From contig DASYMJ010000009.1 of assembly GCA_036009105.1 (NCBI GenBank), positions 1,239 to 65,238 on the forward strand: 64,000 nucleotides of DNA. Reading direction: 5' to 3'. Every line of letters starts with the position of its first letter. Within the stretch, counting starts at the first letter, position 1. Shown piece after piece: positions 32,792 through 43,421 of the stretch. The position numbers and the translations under genes were made by a program. The notes beneath the pieces are model-generated. The model saw nothing but the letters and a program-made list of their open reading frames with translations, made no database searches and was not told the DNA's origin. The stretch comes from Thermoanaerobaculia bacterium (GTDB lineage: Bacteria > Acidobacteriota > Thermoanaerobaculia > Gp7-AA8).

Positions 32792-33547
32792 TCACGGCAC
32801 CGTGAGGGAGTACGTCGCCAACTGCTCCTCGCGCGTGCCGTCGATGCCGTACAACACGACCTGGTGCTTGCCGGATTTGAGGAACGCGCGGGGGACGAGG
32901 ATGGCGAAGGTGTCGTCGTCGCGAAGATGCAGCGGCTCGCTCGTCCAGATCACCGCGCCGCTCTCGTTGCGGATGCGCAGCCGATAGCCGTCCATCGACT
33001 CGGAGCCCACCAGGGGGGCCACGAGCATGGTCGAGTCGGCGTTCGGCGCGAGCCTGACCGGCCGGTGCGGGCGGCCGCGCTGCCCGTCCGGCATCAGCAC
33101 GACGTATTCGGACGCCGCGCGCGGCCTGGCCAGCTCGGCCTGCAGACGGTGCGCGCTCCACCGGGCCTGCCCGAGCAGGCCGCCGATGGCGAGTACGAGC
33201 GCCGCCGCGATCGCCAGCGATGCCCGCCGCCAGAACTGCACGACGCTGCCTCCATCGCCATGAATGCTGCGGCGCAGCTCCGTCCAGCGGCGGGTCAGCT
33301 CTTCCGGCGGCAGGTGACCGTCCTCTCCCGGCGCGGCGTCCTCCTCGGGCAACGGCGCGGTCAGGGCGTGCGCGAGCTCGGGATGGAGCACCAGCAGGCG
33401 GCGCACGCGCTCTTCGTCTTCTGGCGAGAGCTCGCCGCGCGTGTAGGCGAGCATCTCTTCGACCGTCGGCGGGTCGCCGAGCGGGTGTTGCTGATCCACA
33501 TCGAGCAGCTCGTGCTGGATGGTATCCCAATCCGATTTCGTGATCAT
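32792..33547 (-). CDS. putative membrane-anchored anti-sigma factor (paralogue A)
   Basis: Internal start MITKSDWDTIQHELLD. ATGA-coupled to ECF sigma. TM LAIAAALVLAIGGLL. Paralogous to 43399..44052. Confidence 0.6.
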   Translation of the reverse strand: MITKSDWDTIQHELLDVDQQHPLGDPPTVEEMLAYTRGELSPEDEERVRRLLVLHPELAHALTAPLPEEDAAPGEDGHLPPEELTRRWTELRRSIHGDGGSVVQFWRRASLAIAAALVLAIGGLLGQARWSAHRLQAELARPRAASEYVVLMPDGQRGRPHRPVRLAPNADSTMLVAPLVGSESMDGYRLRIRNESGAVIWTSEPLHLRDDDTFAILVPRAFLKSGKHQVVLYGIDGTREEQLATYSLTVP

Positions 33548-34095
33548 CGATCGTCTCCCAGCCGCGCGCGGAGGTGTTTCTTCGCGTCTCGCAGCCGCGA
33601 CTTGACCGCGTCGACGCTGACTCGCAGCGTCTCCGCGATCTGCGTGTACTTCAATCCCTGAACCCACAGCCGCAGAACCTGCTGCTGCCCTTCCGTGAGC
33701 TCGGCCACGGCCTGCCGTACGCGGTTTCGCCGAAGCGTCTGATGCTCGCGCTCCGCATAATCGGGCTCCTCCGGCGCAGCGAGCTCGAATGCAAGATCCG
33801 GATCGTCGAGGTCGACGTGCAGCCCATTGCGCTTGCCGGTCAGCCGGGCCCGGATGCGATTGAGCAGAAGCCGGCGCGCCGTCACCTGCAGAAATGACCA
33901 GACCGCCTCGGTTTCACCCCGGAATTGCGGCATGTGCTCATAGAAACGCTTGAAGGTGTCCTGGGCGAGATCGTGCGCTTCGTCGTCCGCTACCTTGGAG
34001 GAGCGATACAGCCGCCACACCCGCGCATAATACTTTCGGTAAATCGCCTCGAACAATTCGTCGCGACTCCCGCCGCCGGCCTTCCAAATCGTCAT
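33544..34095 (-). CDS. ECF (sigma-70 family) RNA polymerase sigma factor (paralogue A)
   Basis: ORF track 183 aa. Region 2 DLAQDTFKRFY. Region 4 YTQIAETLRVSVDAVKSRL. Confidence 0.85.
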   Translation of the reverse strand: MTIWKAGGGSRDELFEAIYRKYYARVWRLYRSSKVADDEAHDLAQDTFKRFYEHMPQFRGETEAVWSFLQVTARRLLLNRIRARLTGKRNGLHVDLDDPDLAFELAAPEEPDYAEREHQTLRRNRVRQAVAELTEGQQQVLRLWVQGLKYTQIAETLRVSVDAVKSRLRDAKKHLRARLGDDR

Positions 34096-34137
34096 CGTCC
34101 GATCCTGTGCCCGCGAAACGCGTATCGTTGCTGATGC

Positions 34138-37100
34138 ATGAAGAAACTCGTCGTCATGGCCATGGCCCTGTGCAGCTTCTCAATCGGCTGCCATAGGGAA
34201 GACACGAAAGCAGCGGCGGTGTGGCGGACGGTGGAGCCGCGGCTGACGGCCGCCACGAAATGGCAACCGTGCACCCGCCCTCAATGCGGCGCCGGGCCCT
34301 CCGCATCCATTGCGAGCACCTGTACTGTCGATATCCGCACCCACGAGCAGGCCCTGTACGCCATTGCGCATCAGCCGGAATGCCTCGGATCGGCGATCGA
34401 CGTGTTGAGCCGTCTCGCGAAGCACGATCTACGCGCCCGAAGCGACCTCGCCGCGGCGTATTACGTCCGCGCGCAGGTGGAGGACCGCCCGATTTACCTG
34501 CTGATGGCCTGGGAGCAGATCAAAGACCTGCCCGGCCTGCCCGAGGCGCAATTCAATGTTGCGTTGATTCAGGAGAAGCTGGGCCGTACGGAGGATGCAA
34601 GGCGCTCCTGGGATGCATACCGTGCGCGCGACGTCTCGCCATGGGGGAATGAGGCCCGCCAGCACGGCGACCGGTTGAACGAGGAGTTGCGCCATGCGGC
34701 GTACAAGGAGTGGCCGGTCAATCGGCGCCTGTTGCGCGCGGCTCTTGCCGGCCAGGACCACGCCAGGGTAGTGAGCCTGATCCGCGCGTTTCCCACTCCG
34801 GCGCAGACGTATCTGGAGGACGAGGTCATCCCGCAATGGGCAGCCTCCGGTGCCCAAAAGGATCTGGACGCCGCAAGACTGCTGGCCGAGGCGGTGTCGG
34901 AGGTACAGCAGGACCCATTCGCCAGGGACGTCGTCGCGGCCATTACCAATGCATCCGATCGGAGCGTATTGAGGAATGCGCACAAGGCGTATGCAAGGGC
35001 GCGACGGGCGGAGCGTGGATTCGACAGAAAGAACGCGCTCGCGCGTTATGACAGAGCGGTGACGCTGCTCACCCGCGGGCATAGTCCCTTGCGGTTCAAC
35101 GCGGAGCTCGGACTGGCAGTCAATCGCTTCCTCGAGAAAAAGGGACGGCCTGAAGGTGCGCTGGAACGCCTGAAACGCGAAATTCCGTCCATTTACCCGC
35201 ACACCGCGGCACGGGTCATGGCCACCGTCGCGTTCGCGCAGAACTTCAGTGGCAATCACCTCGGGGCTCGCGAGCAGTACGAGAGGGCAACGAACGCCTA
35301 CAGGCGCCTGCACGACTACGAGTACATGACTGCAGTGCAGAGCGCCGCGTCCGGCGTCTCCCTGGAACTCGGCGACAAAGAGCGCGCCTGGCACGAAGCT
35401 TTGGAGACGAACGAGCACGCCGCGGAGATCGCCGACCCGCGCCGCCGCCATGTTCGCCTGGGGGCGCTCTCCGATGCCGCACAGGCGCTCGGGCATCCCG
35501 ATGTCGCGCTGCTCTATCAAAGCGAAGCGGTCGAAGCCATGCAGCAGGAGCTGGTCAACGAGCCCGTTCAGAACCTGGATGTGATCCAGGGACTGCAGCA
35601 TCACTTGAGCGTTGCGCTGCGGAATCGGGCCAAGGTCAGGCTTGCGCTTGACCCCGAACAGCGCGAGAAGGCCTCCGCTGATCTCAGGGACGCTTTAGGT
35701 CTGGTGGAGACCAAAGAGGACGCGGACACACAGAACAGCAGGGACCTTCGATCGAGCATCTATACGGTGGAAGGCTCGCAGCTTCTGCGCGCCGACCCGC
35801 AAGGCGCGGTCAAAGCCTTCACCAAGGCCATCGAGCTGCTGCCGGAAAACGAGCTGCCGAACCTCCGCACCTCGCTGCTCACCCGGCGCGCAAGAGCGTT
35901 CCGGCTGGCCAAACATCCGAAGGAAGCCGAAGCCGACCTGGAAGCGGCGCTTGCGGAGTTGGATCGCGAGGAAGCGATTCAGCTGGAGAACCGGCGCAGT
36001 GGAAAAGAAGAGGAGATCTGGAGCTTATTTTTTGAACGCTTTCAAGACACCTATCGGGAGCTGATCGACCTGCTCGCCGCGCGTGGCCAATACGAACAAG
36101 CGTTCGCCTATGCCGAGCGAGCGAAGGCTTTCGAGCCGCTCGATCTCATTCTTCACCTCCCCTATGCGCCGCAACGATTCCGGGAGTTGACGAAAGGCCG
36201 TGAGCCGATCGCATTGCACGAGATTCAGGCCGCTTTGCCGGCGGAGACGTACCTCCTGGAGTACTCCGTGCTGGAGGACAGGACCATCGTCTGGATCATC
36301 GGCCGGCGGTTGTCCCGTTGGATGTCGCTCCCCGTGGGCCGCAATGAAATCGCCTCGTGGCGCGCGAGAATCCAGGAGGCGGTCGAGCAATCCGACGACC
36401 ATGGTCTCAAGAGCAATCTGGCATTGGCTTACGACGGATTGTTGCAGGAGCCGTGGAAGCTGATTCCGAAAACGGCGAGCCGTGAACCGCGGATCGTGAT
36501 CATTCCGGACGGCGAGATGCGCGGGCTGCCGTTCAATGCGCTGCGACATCCCATCAGGGGCTACTTCGTCGAACACGCGATCGTCAGCGTCCACGGCAGC
36601 GCCACGCTTTATGTTTTCTCCTTGTTGCGCGACGGCGAGTTGAAGACGGGCAATGCGTCCGCGCTGCTGATCGGTGATCCGGAATTCGACGCGACCCTTC
36701 GAGAGGCCAGGGAGCTGCTCCGCCTCCGCGGTGCGCGAAACGAGGTAAACAACATCAGCCAGTTCTACGCGCCGAACGCCACGGTGAGAAAAGACAAGGA
36801 CGCCACAATTGCTGATTTCCTACAAAGAGCAGTCCATAGCGAGATCATCCACATCGCGGCGCACGGCGTGGTCGATGAGGAGCACCCTTCCAGGTCGGCA
36901 ATCCTGCTGGCCAGGACGGCCACCGACTCCGGCAGGCTCGACGCGCAGACGCTCTCCGGATTGCGCCTGAAGCTGGCGCGGCTCGTCGTGCTGGCCAGTT
37001 GCAGCAGCGCGGGCGGCGTTCCTGTAGGTCCGGAAGGAGTCGCGCCGCTGGTGCGGCCATTCATCGGCGCCGGCGTGCCGGCTGTTGTGGGCAGCCTCTG

Positions 37101-37320
37101 GGAATTCGCCGACGCCACAGCGGAACCTCTCCTCGTGTCTTTTCATCGGCACTATCGGGAACCAGGCCAGGACGCGGCAACAGCGCTGCGCGCGGCCCAA
37201 CTCGAAGCGCTCGATGAAAACAAACCCTTGCGCGCATGGGCCCCGTTCGAGGTGATCGGCTACGCATCGTCACCCGTCCCGGCTCCGGCAGCAGGCACGA
37301 AGGAGAAACGACCACCATGA
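34138..37320 (+). CDS. CHAT domain (caspase-like clan CD peptidase) TPR-repeat lipoprotein
   Basis: ORF track 1060 aa. Lipobox MKKLVVMAMALCSFSIGC. TPR-like helical repeats. C-terminal CHAT with IIHIAAHGV and LVVLASCSSAGG (His/Cys dyad). Confidence 0.8.
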   Translation: MKKLVVMAMALCSFSIGCHREDTKAAAVWRTVEPRLTAATKWQPCTRPQCGAGPSASIASTCTVDIRTHEQALYAIAHQPECLGSAIDVLSRLAKHDLRARSDLAAAYYVRAQVEDRPIYLLMAWEQIKDLPGLPEAQFNVALIQEKLGRTEDARRSWDAYRARDVSPWGNEARQHGDRLNEELRHAAYKEWPVNRRLLRAALAGQDHARVVSLIRAFPTPAQTYLEDEVIPQWAASGAQKDLDAARLLAEAVSEVQQDPFARDVVAAITNASDRSVLRNAHKAYARARRAERGFDRKNALARYDRAVTLLTRGHSPLRFNAELGLAVNRFLEKKGRPEGALERLKREIPSIYPHTAARVMATVAFAQNFSGNHLGAREQYERATNAYRRLHDYEYMTAVQSAASGVSLELGDKERAWHEALETNEHAAEIADPRRRHVRLGALSDAAQALGHPDVALLYQSEAVEAMQQELVNEPVQNLDVIQGLQHHLSVALRNRAKVRLALDPEQREKASADLRDALGLVETKEDADTQNSRDLRSSIYTVEGSQLLRADPQGAVKAFTKAIELLPENELPNLRTSLLTRRARAFRLAKHPKEAEADLEAALAELDREEAIQLENRRSGKEEEIWSLFFERFQDTYRELIDLLAARGQYEQAFAYAERAKAFEPLDLILHLPYAPQRFRELTKGREPIALHEIQAALPAETYLLEYSVLEDRTIVWIIGRRLSRWMSLPVGRNEIASWRARIQEAVEQSDDHGLKSNLALAYDGLLQEPWKLIPKTASREPRIVIIPDGEMRGLPFNALRHPIRGYFVEHAIVSVHGSATLYVFSLLRDGELKTGNASALLIGDPEFDATLREARELLRLRGARNEVNNISQFYAPNATVRKDKDATIADFLQRAVHSEIIHIAAHGVVDEEHPSRSAILLARTATDSGRLDAQTLSGLRLKLARLVVLASCSSAGGVPVGPEGVAPLVRPFIGAGVPAVVGSLWEFADATAEPLLVSFHRHYREPGQDAATALRAAQLEALDENKPLRAWAPFEVIGYASSPVPAPAAGTKEKRPP

Positions 37321-38393
37321 GCACGTTCATTTTGCGCATTCTCTTCAGCGGCTTGATCAGCTTCGTCCCCAATCAGGACGGCACCGAGCTGACGGTCCTC
37401 CTGGTCAACGTCGACCACACCTACCACACCTCCGACGGCACCCACCTCGATCACCACAAACCGCTCCTCCTCGCCCGCGGCGGCGGCTGCACCGGCACCT
37501 GTCCCACCGACGACGACGCAATCGCCCGGTTCATCTATCCCGATCAGGCGCAGTCGGCAAGACTCGATTCGCTGGCCACGGCGGTCAGCGGCGGCGGCGC
37601 GTGGCTCCTCGACAACTCCAAGCTCACCCTGCAGAAAGGCAGCACCAACGACCCCAACCTCCCCGCCCTCAGCATCGTGCGCAATGCGCGCGGCTCGACC
37701 AACAACGTGCTGGACCTCATCCCCACCACCTCCGCCGAGCGGGAGGACTACAGCTGGGTCGCCGATCTGAAATCGATCTGCTCATCCTGCGACCTCAAAT
37801 CCGCCGTGCACGACGCCGAGCCGCCGGCCGGCCTCGTTGCCGCGCGCTTCAAGCTGCGCAACGGACGCGTCTTCACCTACTCGGTGGCGCGCATCGGCAG
37901 CGACGTCACGCCGGTGCAGTTCAAGCGCCTCAACGGCCAGGGCTCGGTCTCGCCCTACTCGCAGGCCGTCGCCACCTGGGTCGCGGCGGACATCGAGGTC
38001 AGCGGCGACAGCATCGAGATGATCGACCAGAAGTTCGACGGCAGCTCCAGCCGCTCGATGACCCTCACCCCCGATGAAAACGGCCGGGTGGAGATGGCCG
38101 TGCTGAACCTGCCGACCTTCGCGCCGCCGCCGGCCGCGCGCGTCAGCGCGCCCGGCATCGGCAAGCACTTCGAACGGTACTACGACCTCGTCGACACGCC
38201 GCCCTCGAGCGGCGACCGCCTCGTCCCCTGGGCCGGCGCGGCGCCCAACACGCCGTCGTATCCGCAAGTCGCGTGGGATGACATCCACCCCACCGAAGAG
38301 CTCTGGTCGGAGCTCCTCAACCAGCTGCGGCTCAACATCGGCCGCACCACCTACGACCGGACCATCTGTCCGCCCTTCAACGGCACCCCGTAA
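37317..38393 (+). CDS. hypothetical protein (358 aa) within caspase operon
   Basis: Start MSTFILRILFSGLISFV with SD AAGGAGAAACG. ATGA overlap with CHAT gene stop. Confidence 0.55.
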   Translation: MSTFILRILFSGLISFVPNQDGTELTVLLVNVDHTYHTSDGTHLDHHKPLLLARGGGCTGTCPTDDDAIARFIYPDQAQSARLDSLATAVSGGGAWLLDNSKLTLQKGSTNDPNLPALSIVRNARGSTNNVLDLIPTTSAEREDYSWVADLKSICSSCDLKSAVHDAEPPAGLVAARFKLRNGRVFTYSVARIGSDVTPVQFKRLNGQGSVSPYSQAVATWVAADIEVSGDSIEMIDQKFDGSSSRSMTLTPDENGRVEMAVLNLPTFAPPPAARVSAPGIGKHFERYYDLVDTPPSSGDRLVPWAGAAPNTPSYPQVAWDDIHPTEELWSELLNQLRLNIGRTTYDRTICPPFNGTP

Positions 38394-38453
38394 CTCCTTC
38401 GACGGTCCGCCGCACCCCGCGGCGGGCCGTCCCTTCCGCTGGAGATCACGACG

Positions 38454-38888
38454 ATGAGAACGAACTTCTTCCTGGTGATGCTCGTCGCCTGCGCGGCTCT
38501 GACCAGCTGTACGAGCGATGCCGCCCCCGCGACCACCATCCCTCCTCGCATGGCCAAGAATCATGGCCGGAGCGATCGCATCCGCGCCGCAGCCGCATTC
38601 ACCAGCCGCTACGCGAGCTCGCCCTTCGCCGGTTGGAAAGTGCGTGCCGAGGCGGCCGGGCCGCTTTGCAATGTGCTGGTCATCCGGACGCCGATCGTCA
38701 TGGAAGGCGCGATGGTCGATGCGATGCATCACGGCGATGGCGAATACGAGATCGACGACGGCGGCGTGCAGCGTTTCTATCTGGAAGAGACGTTCCGCGG
38801 CGTCGCCTACCGCGACGGCTCCGACCGCATCTGGACTTACGGCGCGGTGAAGGAGGCGGAAGTCGAGGAGCTCGAGCCATGTCACTGA
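38454..38888 (+). CDS. hypothetical lipoprotein (144 aa)
   Basis: ORF track. Lipobox LVACAALTSC. Confidence 0.5.
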   Translation: MRTNFFLVMLVACAALTSCTSDAAPATTIPPRMAKNHGRSDRIRAAAAFTSRYASSPFAGWKVRAEAAGPLCNVLVIRTPIVMEGAMVDAMHHGDGEYEIDDGGVQRFYLEETFRGVAYRDGSDRIWTYGAVKEAEVEELEPCH

Positions 38889-41029
38889 TGGCTCGTCTCA
38901 CCATGGTTCTCGCGCTGCTGGCGTTCGCGCTTGATGTCGATGCGCAGGTGCATCGGCGCGCGCTGCTGATCGGCATCAACGACTACAGCGCCTCGCGCTT
39001 CACCGCCCGCCCCCCAACCGACCGCGATTGGCCGAACCTCGGCGGCGCCGTGCGCGATGCCGGCATCCTGCGGGAGCTGCTCGTCCTGCTCTACGGCTTC
39101 GAGGAGCGAGACATCGTCACGCTCAGCGATCAGGCCGCGACGCGCGAGGCCATCCTGCAATCGACCGAGGAGCAGCTCGTCCGCGGCGCGGCGAAGGACG
39201 ACGTGGTCTTTTTCTACTTCGCCGGCCACGGCTCGCAGGTGGCGAACTCGCTCTCCGCGGAGCCGGATCAGCTCGACGAGTCGATCGTACCGGCCGACTC
39301 GCGAGCCGGCGCGCCGGACATCCGCGACAAGGAGCTGCGCGCGCTCTTCAACCAAATCCTCGACCGCGGCGCGCGGCTGACGGTGATGCTGGACAGCTGC
39401 CATAGCGGCTCCGGCGCACGCGGCCTGGCGACGGGCGCGCATCCACGCGGCGTGCGGCCTGATCTGCGCGACATCCGCGATGGCGCCGAGGCCGGTCCGC
39501 GTCCGGAAGATCGCGGCGCACTGGTGCTGACCGCGACGCGGGACGACGGCATCGCGCTCGAGACGCGCGACGCGGATGGGCTGCACGGCGCTTTCTCGCT
39601 CGCCTGGATCAAGGCCATGCGCGACGCGGCGCCGGGCGAGCCGGCGAGCGAGACGTTCCTCCGCGCGCAGGCGCGGATGCGCGCCGGGATGCCGTTCCAG
39701 GAGCCGGTGATGGCCGGCGACGCCGCGGCGCGAGCCCGCCCCTTCCTCGGCACACGCATCGATCGGAGCGGCGGCCGCAATGCGGTCGGCGTGGAGCGCG
39801 TGCTGAAAGACGGGACGGTGCTGCTGCAGGGAGGGTGGGCGAACGGTCTCGCCGTGGGGGCCCAGCTCCGCGCCGCGAACGGCACGCGGTTGACCGTGAC
39901 CACCATGCTCGGCCTCGGCCGCAGCGAAGCTCGCGTCGAGGCGGGGCCGGCCGCCATGCAACCCGGCTCGCTGCTGGAAGTGGTCGGCTGGGCCGCCCCT
40001 CCCGGCCGCCCCCTGCGTGTTCATGTGCCGAAGGCGCCGCACGTGGCTGCTCTCGCCTCCCGGCTGTTCGCCGCCGCGAACCAACGCGGCATCCGCTGGA
40101 TCGACGATCCCTCCGAAAGCACGCCGACCCATCAGCTCCGCCTCGGCGCCGGCGGCTGGGAGCTCATCAGCCCGGACGGGGATGCGCAACGTTTCGGCGC
40201 CGAGGAGGCGGTGGAGCACGTCCCTGCCGGCTCGTCGCTGTTCGTTCAACTGCCCGCGCCCGCGGCCATCGACATCGCGTCGACGGCGAGCGCCGAAGAG
40301 GCGGACTACATCCTGGTGGGGCGTTACGTGAAGCAGCGGCTCGAATACGCCTGGGTGCGGCCGGGAGTGCGCAAGCGCGACCAACGCGGCAGCGGCCTGC
40401 CGGTGCGCTCGGACTGGATCCGCAACGGCCGCGAAACGGCCGCCATCCTTCGCGACACGCTCCTCCGCCTGCGCCGCATCCACGCCTGGCAACATCTGCA
40501 GTCGCCGCCCGAGTCGCGCTCGCCGTACCGGCTGGCCTTGCGCGGTGCGCGCAGCGGTGAGCTCGTGCAGGACGGCGTCGTCATCGGCGGCCAGTCATAC
40601 CGGCCGGTGCTGCGGCCGCCGGCGACCGCCACCGATATCCAGCCGCGCTTCTTCTACGTCTTCATCGTCGACCGGCACGGCAAGAGCTATCTCGCCTTCC
40701 CCGGCGGTGCGGTGGAGAACCGCTTCCCTCTCGGCGCGCCTGCGAAAGAGGTCGCGCTCGACCGGTTCCGGGTGCTGCCCCCCTTCGGAGTCGACACGTA
40801 CTTTCTACTGTCCACGGACGAGCCGCTCCCCAACCCCTGGATCCTGGAGTGGGACGGCGTCCGTGCGCGGTGCCCGCGGGCTCCCACCGCGCTCGAACAG
40901 ATGCTCATGCTCACCGCGTCCGGCGAGCGGGCCGGGAGGGGGGTGACGCCGGTCGGCTGGTCGCTGGAGCGCGTGGTGTACCAGTCGGTTCCACCTCCGG
41001 TGAAACGGAAACCGAAGAAACGCCACTAA
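38879..41029 (+). CDS. caspase-family (peptidase C14) secreted protein with ~500-aa C-terminal extension
   Basis: Start MSLMARLTMVLALLAFALDVDAQ (alternative ATG at 38888, which is ATGA-coupled). ALLIGINDY...FYFAGHG...DSCHSG caspase His/Cys dyad. Confidence 0.8.
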   Translation: MSLMARLTMVLALLAFALDVDAQVHRRALLIGINDYSASRFTARPPTDRDWPNLGGAVRDAGILRELLVLLYGFEERDIVTLSDQAATREAILQSTEEQLVRGAAKDDVVFFYFAGHGSQVANSLSAEPDQLDESIVPADSRAGAPDIRDKELRALFNQILDRGARLTVMLDSCHSGSGARGLATGAHPRGVRPDLRDIRDGAEAGPRPEDRGALVLTATRDDGIALETRDADGLHGAFSLAWIKAMRDAAPGEPASETFLRAQARMRAGMPFQEPVMAGDAAARARPFLGTRIDRSGGRNAVGVERVLKDGTVLLQGGWANGLAVGAQLRAANGTRLTVTTMLGLGRSEARVEAGPAAMQPGSLLEVVGWAAPPGRPLRVHVPKAPHVAALASRLFAAANQRGIRWIDDPSESTPTHQLRLGAGGWELISPDGDAQRFGAEEAVEHVPAGSSLFVQLPAPAAIDIASTASAEEADYILVGRYVKQRLEYAWVRPGVRKRDQRGSGLPVRSDWIRNGRETAAILRDTLLRLRRIHAWQHLQSPPESRSPYRLALRGARSGELVQDGVVIGGQSYRPVLRPPATATDIQPRFFYVFIVDRHGKSYLAFPGGAVENRFPLGAPAKEVALDRFRVLPPFGVDTYFLLSTDEPLPNPWILEWDGVRARCPRAPTALEQMLMLTASGERAGRGVTPVGWSLERVVYQSVPPPVKRKPKKRH

Positions 41030-41067
41030 TGCACGGGTCCCGTGTCCTGAGAGAGAGGGTACCGCCC

Positions 41068-42810
41068 ATGAATGCTCGGAAGCTGCTGGTCGTCTTCGTT
41101 CTGACGCTCCTGCTCACGCCACCGGCCTGTGATCACACTCGCTCCGCGGGGCCCGCGGACGAGGAGAGTGCGGATGGGGCGGGCCTCTTCGATCGCACCC
41201 GATCGGCCGGCCTGTTCGTCGGCATCAACCGTTTCGACGACAAGACCATCGCGCGCGTCGACTATGCGGTGGATGACGCGGTCGATCTCGCCTGGAACTT
41301 CTCGCTCAATCCGCGGATCAACCTCATCGCCCCCACACGCATCGTGCTCGCCCTCTCCGGATCGGCGAATAAGAAGGAGTCGAAGGAACGGCTCGCCGAT
41401 CTGAAACGCGCCGGCGCCGTGGTCAGCCGCGCCACGCGCGATGACATCGCGGCGCTGCTCCAGCAACAGGCAGCGGCCGCCGGCAAGCAGGGAGTCTTCA
41501 TCGCGGCCTTCGCCACGCACGGCTACAGCGAAGAAGGCGTCCCCTACGTCCTGGCCTCGTCCTCCATTTACGGGGTTCCGGCGACGGCGCTCTCCGCGGC
41601 GAAGGTCTTCGAGATCGCATCCGATGCGGGCGCGCAGCGCTCGCTGATCTTTGTCGACGCCTGCCGGGAGCGTTTGAAAGCCTCGGCGCGTTCCGGCGAG
41701 GCCGATCCGGATGCCGCCGCGGCATTGCTCGCCGCGATGAACCCGGTGGAGGGGCAGGCGGTCTTTTTCGCGGCCGCGGCAGGTAAATACGCCTACGACG
41801 ACAGCGTGCGGAAGAACGGCGTCTTCTCCGCGGCGGTGCTCGACGGCCTGCGGTGCGGCGCGGCCACCGATGCGCGCGGCTTCGTCACCGTCGATACGCT
41901 TTCCACCTTCGTGGAGCAACGCGTCCACAGCTGGCTGGTGGCCCATCGCCGCGGCAGCAGCGGCAGCGCGACGCAGACGAACATGGATGGCGGTACGAGG
42001 GACATGCCGCTCGCGCAGTGCAGGGCGCCGCAATCGAACATCGCCAGCCTGGTCAGCGTACCGCCTGCCCGCAATCCCGATCACTTCGCCATCGACGGCA
42101 CTTCGATCGAGGTACTCGGCAAAGACGGGACGTCGCTCTGGAAGCACGAGGTGGCAGGTCGCATTGCCCGCGTCGAAGTGGTCGACCTGGACGCGGATGG
42201 CTTGAACGAAGTCGTCGTGAACGTCGGCCGAATCATCGTTTTCCATCCCTCCGGCGAGGAGTGGTGGCGCTCTCCCACCGACCCACGGCTGGCGGTGACC
42301 GCGTTCAGCACCGCGAATCTCTTCCGCAACCAGAAGCAGGAGATCATCGCCATCTACGCAGCCGATGACGGCTCGGCCGGCTCGCGCCTCACCATCTTCC
42401 AGCCCGATGGGAAAAACCGTGGCGACTATCCGTATGCCGGCCGCCTCCAGTCCATCGCAACCGGGAAGGAGACTTCCCATCACTGGCCCAGGCTGGTGGT
42501 TTACGGCACGGACGACAGTCTGGACGAGCAGCTCGACGTCGCCGGTCCGCTCGGAAATGTGTTCATGCTGAATCCGAACAAGCTTGCCAAGCCGCTCTGG
42601 TCCGTGGCAGTCCTTCCCCAAACGCAACGGATCGCAAGCGTGAAGTTGATCGATTACGACAATGACACCCATCAGGACATCTCCATCACCATGGCGGATG
42701 GATCGATGGTCTACCTCGACTTCGCCGGCGAATTCCTCTCCGGCGACAGCAGCGCCCGATTCGTGCGGATGAAAAAGGAAGTCAGCAGGCAGGCCACCAT
42801 TCGGCGATGA
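41068..42810 (+). CDS. caspase-family lipoprotein with C-terminal FG-GAP/beta-propeller-like repeats
   Basis: Start MNARKLLVVFVLTLLLTPPAC (lipobox) with SD GAGAGAGGG. LFVGINRF...AFATHG...FVDACRE dyad. VDLDADGLNEVVV and IDYDNDTHQDISI repeats. Confidence 0.8.
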   Translation: MNARKLLVVFVLTLLLTPPACDHTRSAGPADEESADGAGLFDRTRSAGLFVGINRFDDKTIARVDYAVDDAVDLAWNFSLNPRINLIAPTRIVLALSGSANKKESKERLADLKRAGAVVSRATRDDIAALLQQQAAAAGKQGVFIAAFATHGYSEEGVPYVLASSSIYGVPATALSAAKVFEIASDAGAQRSLIFVDACRERLKASARSGEADPDAAAALLAAMNPVEGQAVFFAAAAGKYAYDDSVRKNGVFSAAVLDGLRCGAATDARGFVTVDTLSTFVEQRVHSWLVAHRRGSSGSATQTNMDGGTRDMPLAQCRAPQSNIASLVSVPPARNPDHFAIDGTSIEVLGKDGTSLWKHEVAGRIARVEVVDLDADGLNEVVVNVGRIIVFHPSGEEWWRSPTDPRLAVTAFSTANLFRNQKQEIIAIYAADDGSAGSRLTIFQPDGKNRGDYPYAGRLQSIATGKETSHHWPRLVVYGTDDSLDEQLDVAGPLGNVFMLNPNKLAKPLWSVAVLPQTQRIASVKLIDYDNDTHQDISITMADGSMVYLDFAGEFLSGDSSARFVRMKKEVSRQATIRR

Positions 42811-43421
42811 TCGTGTCGGTATTGGCGCAGATGACCGCACCGATCGATTCATCGCGGCATGACGAACTGGTCCGCCGCTACCGCGAAGCCATCGTCCGCC
42901 ATCTCATGCGGCAATTCCGGTTTCCGCGCGAGGACGCGGAGGACATCGCGCAGGAGACGTTCCTCAGCGTGTATAAAAGCATGGACCGGTACCGCGGCGA
43001 ATCGGAATGGATATACCTGAGAACGGCCGCGCACAACTTCGCGAAGAACTGGTTCCGGCACAGGCAGACGCAGATGCGGAACGAGGCACTGAATACGCCC
43101 ATTGACGTCATGCCCGATCAGGGTGATGGCAAGTCATCCATCGAGGACGAGCTCGTACGCAAAGAGCAGAAGAAGCGCTTCAACACGAGCTACCGCGACG
43201 CGCTGGCGAAGCTGCCCGAGCTCACCCGCAACTGCGTCCTCCTGCTGCTGCGCGACACCAGCTACAAGGACATCGCCACCATCACGAAGCTGACCATCGA
43301 CGCGGTACGCTCGCGCCTGCGGGACGCGAGGAAGCGGCTGCGCAACGAAGCCGGCGCGGCGGCGGAGGGGCTCAACTGGCCGGAGGTGGCCGAAGAGGAT
43401 GACGATGAGCACGAGAACTGA
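42807..43421 (+). CDS. ECF sigma factor (paralogue B), ATGA-coupled to caspase gene
   Basis: ORF track 204 aa. DIAQETFLSVY region 2. YKDIATITKLTIDAVRSRL region 4. Confidence 0.8.
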   Translation: MIVSVLAQMTAPIDSSRHDELVRRYREAIVRHLMRQFRFPREDAEDIAQETFLSVYKSMDRYRGESEWIYLRTAAHNFAKNWFRHRQTQMRNEALNTPIDVMPDQGDGKSSIEDELVRKEQKKRFNTSYRDALAKLPELTRNCVLLLLRDTSYKDIATITKLTIDAVRSRLRDARKRLRNEAGAAAEGLNWPEVAEEDDDEHEN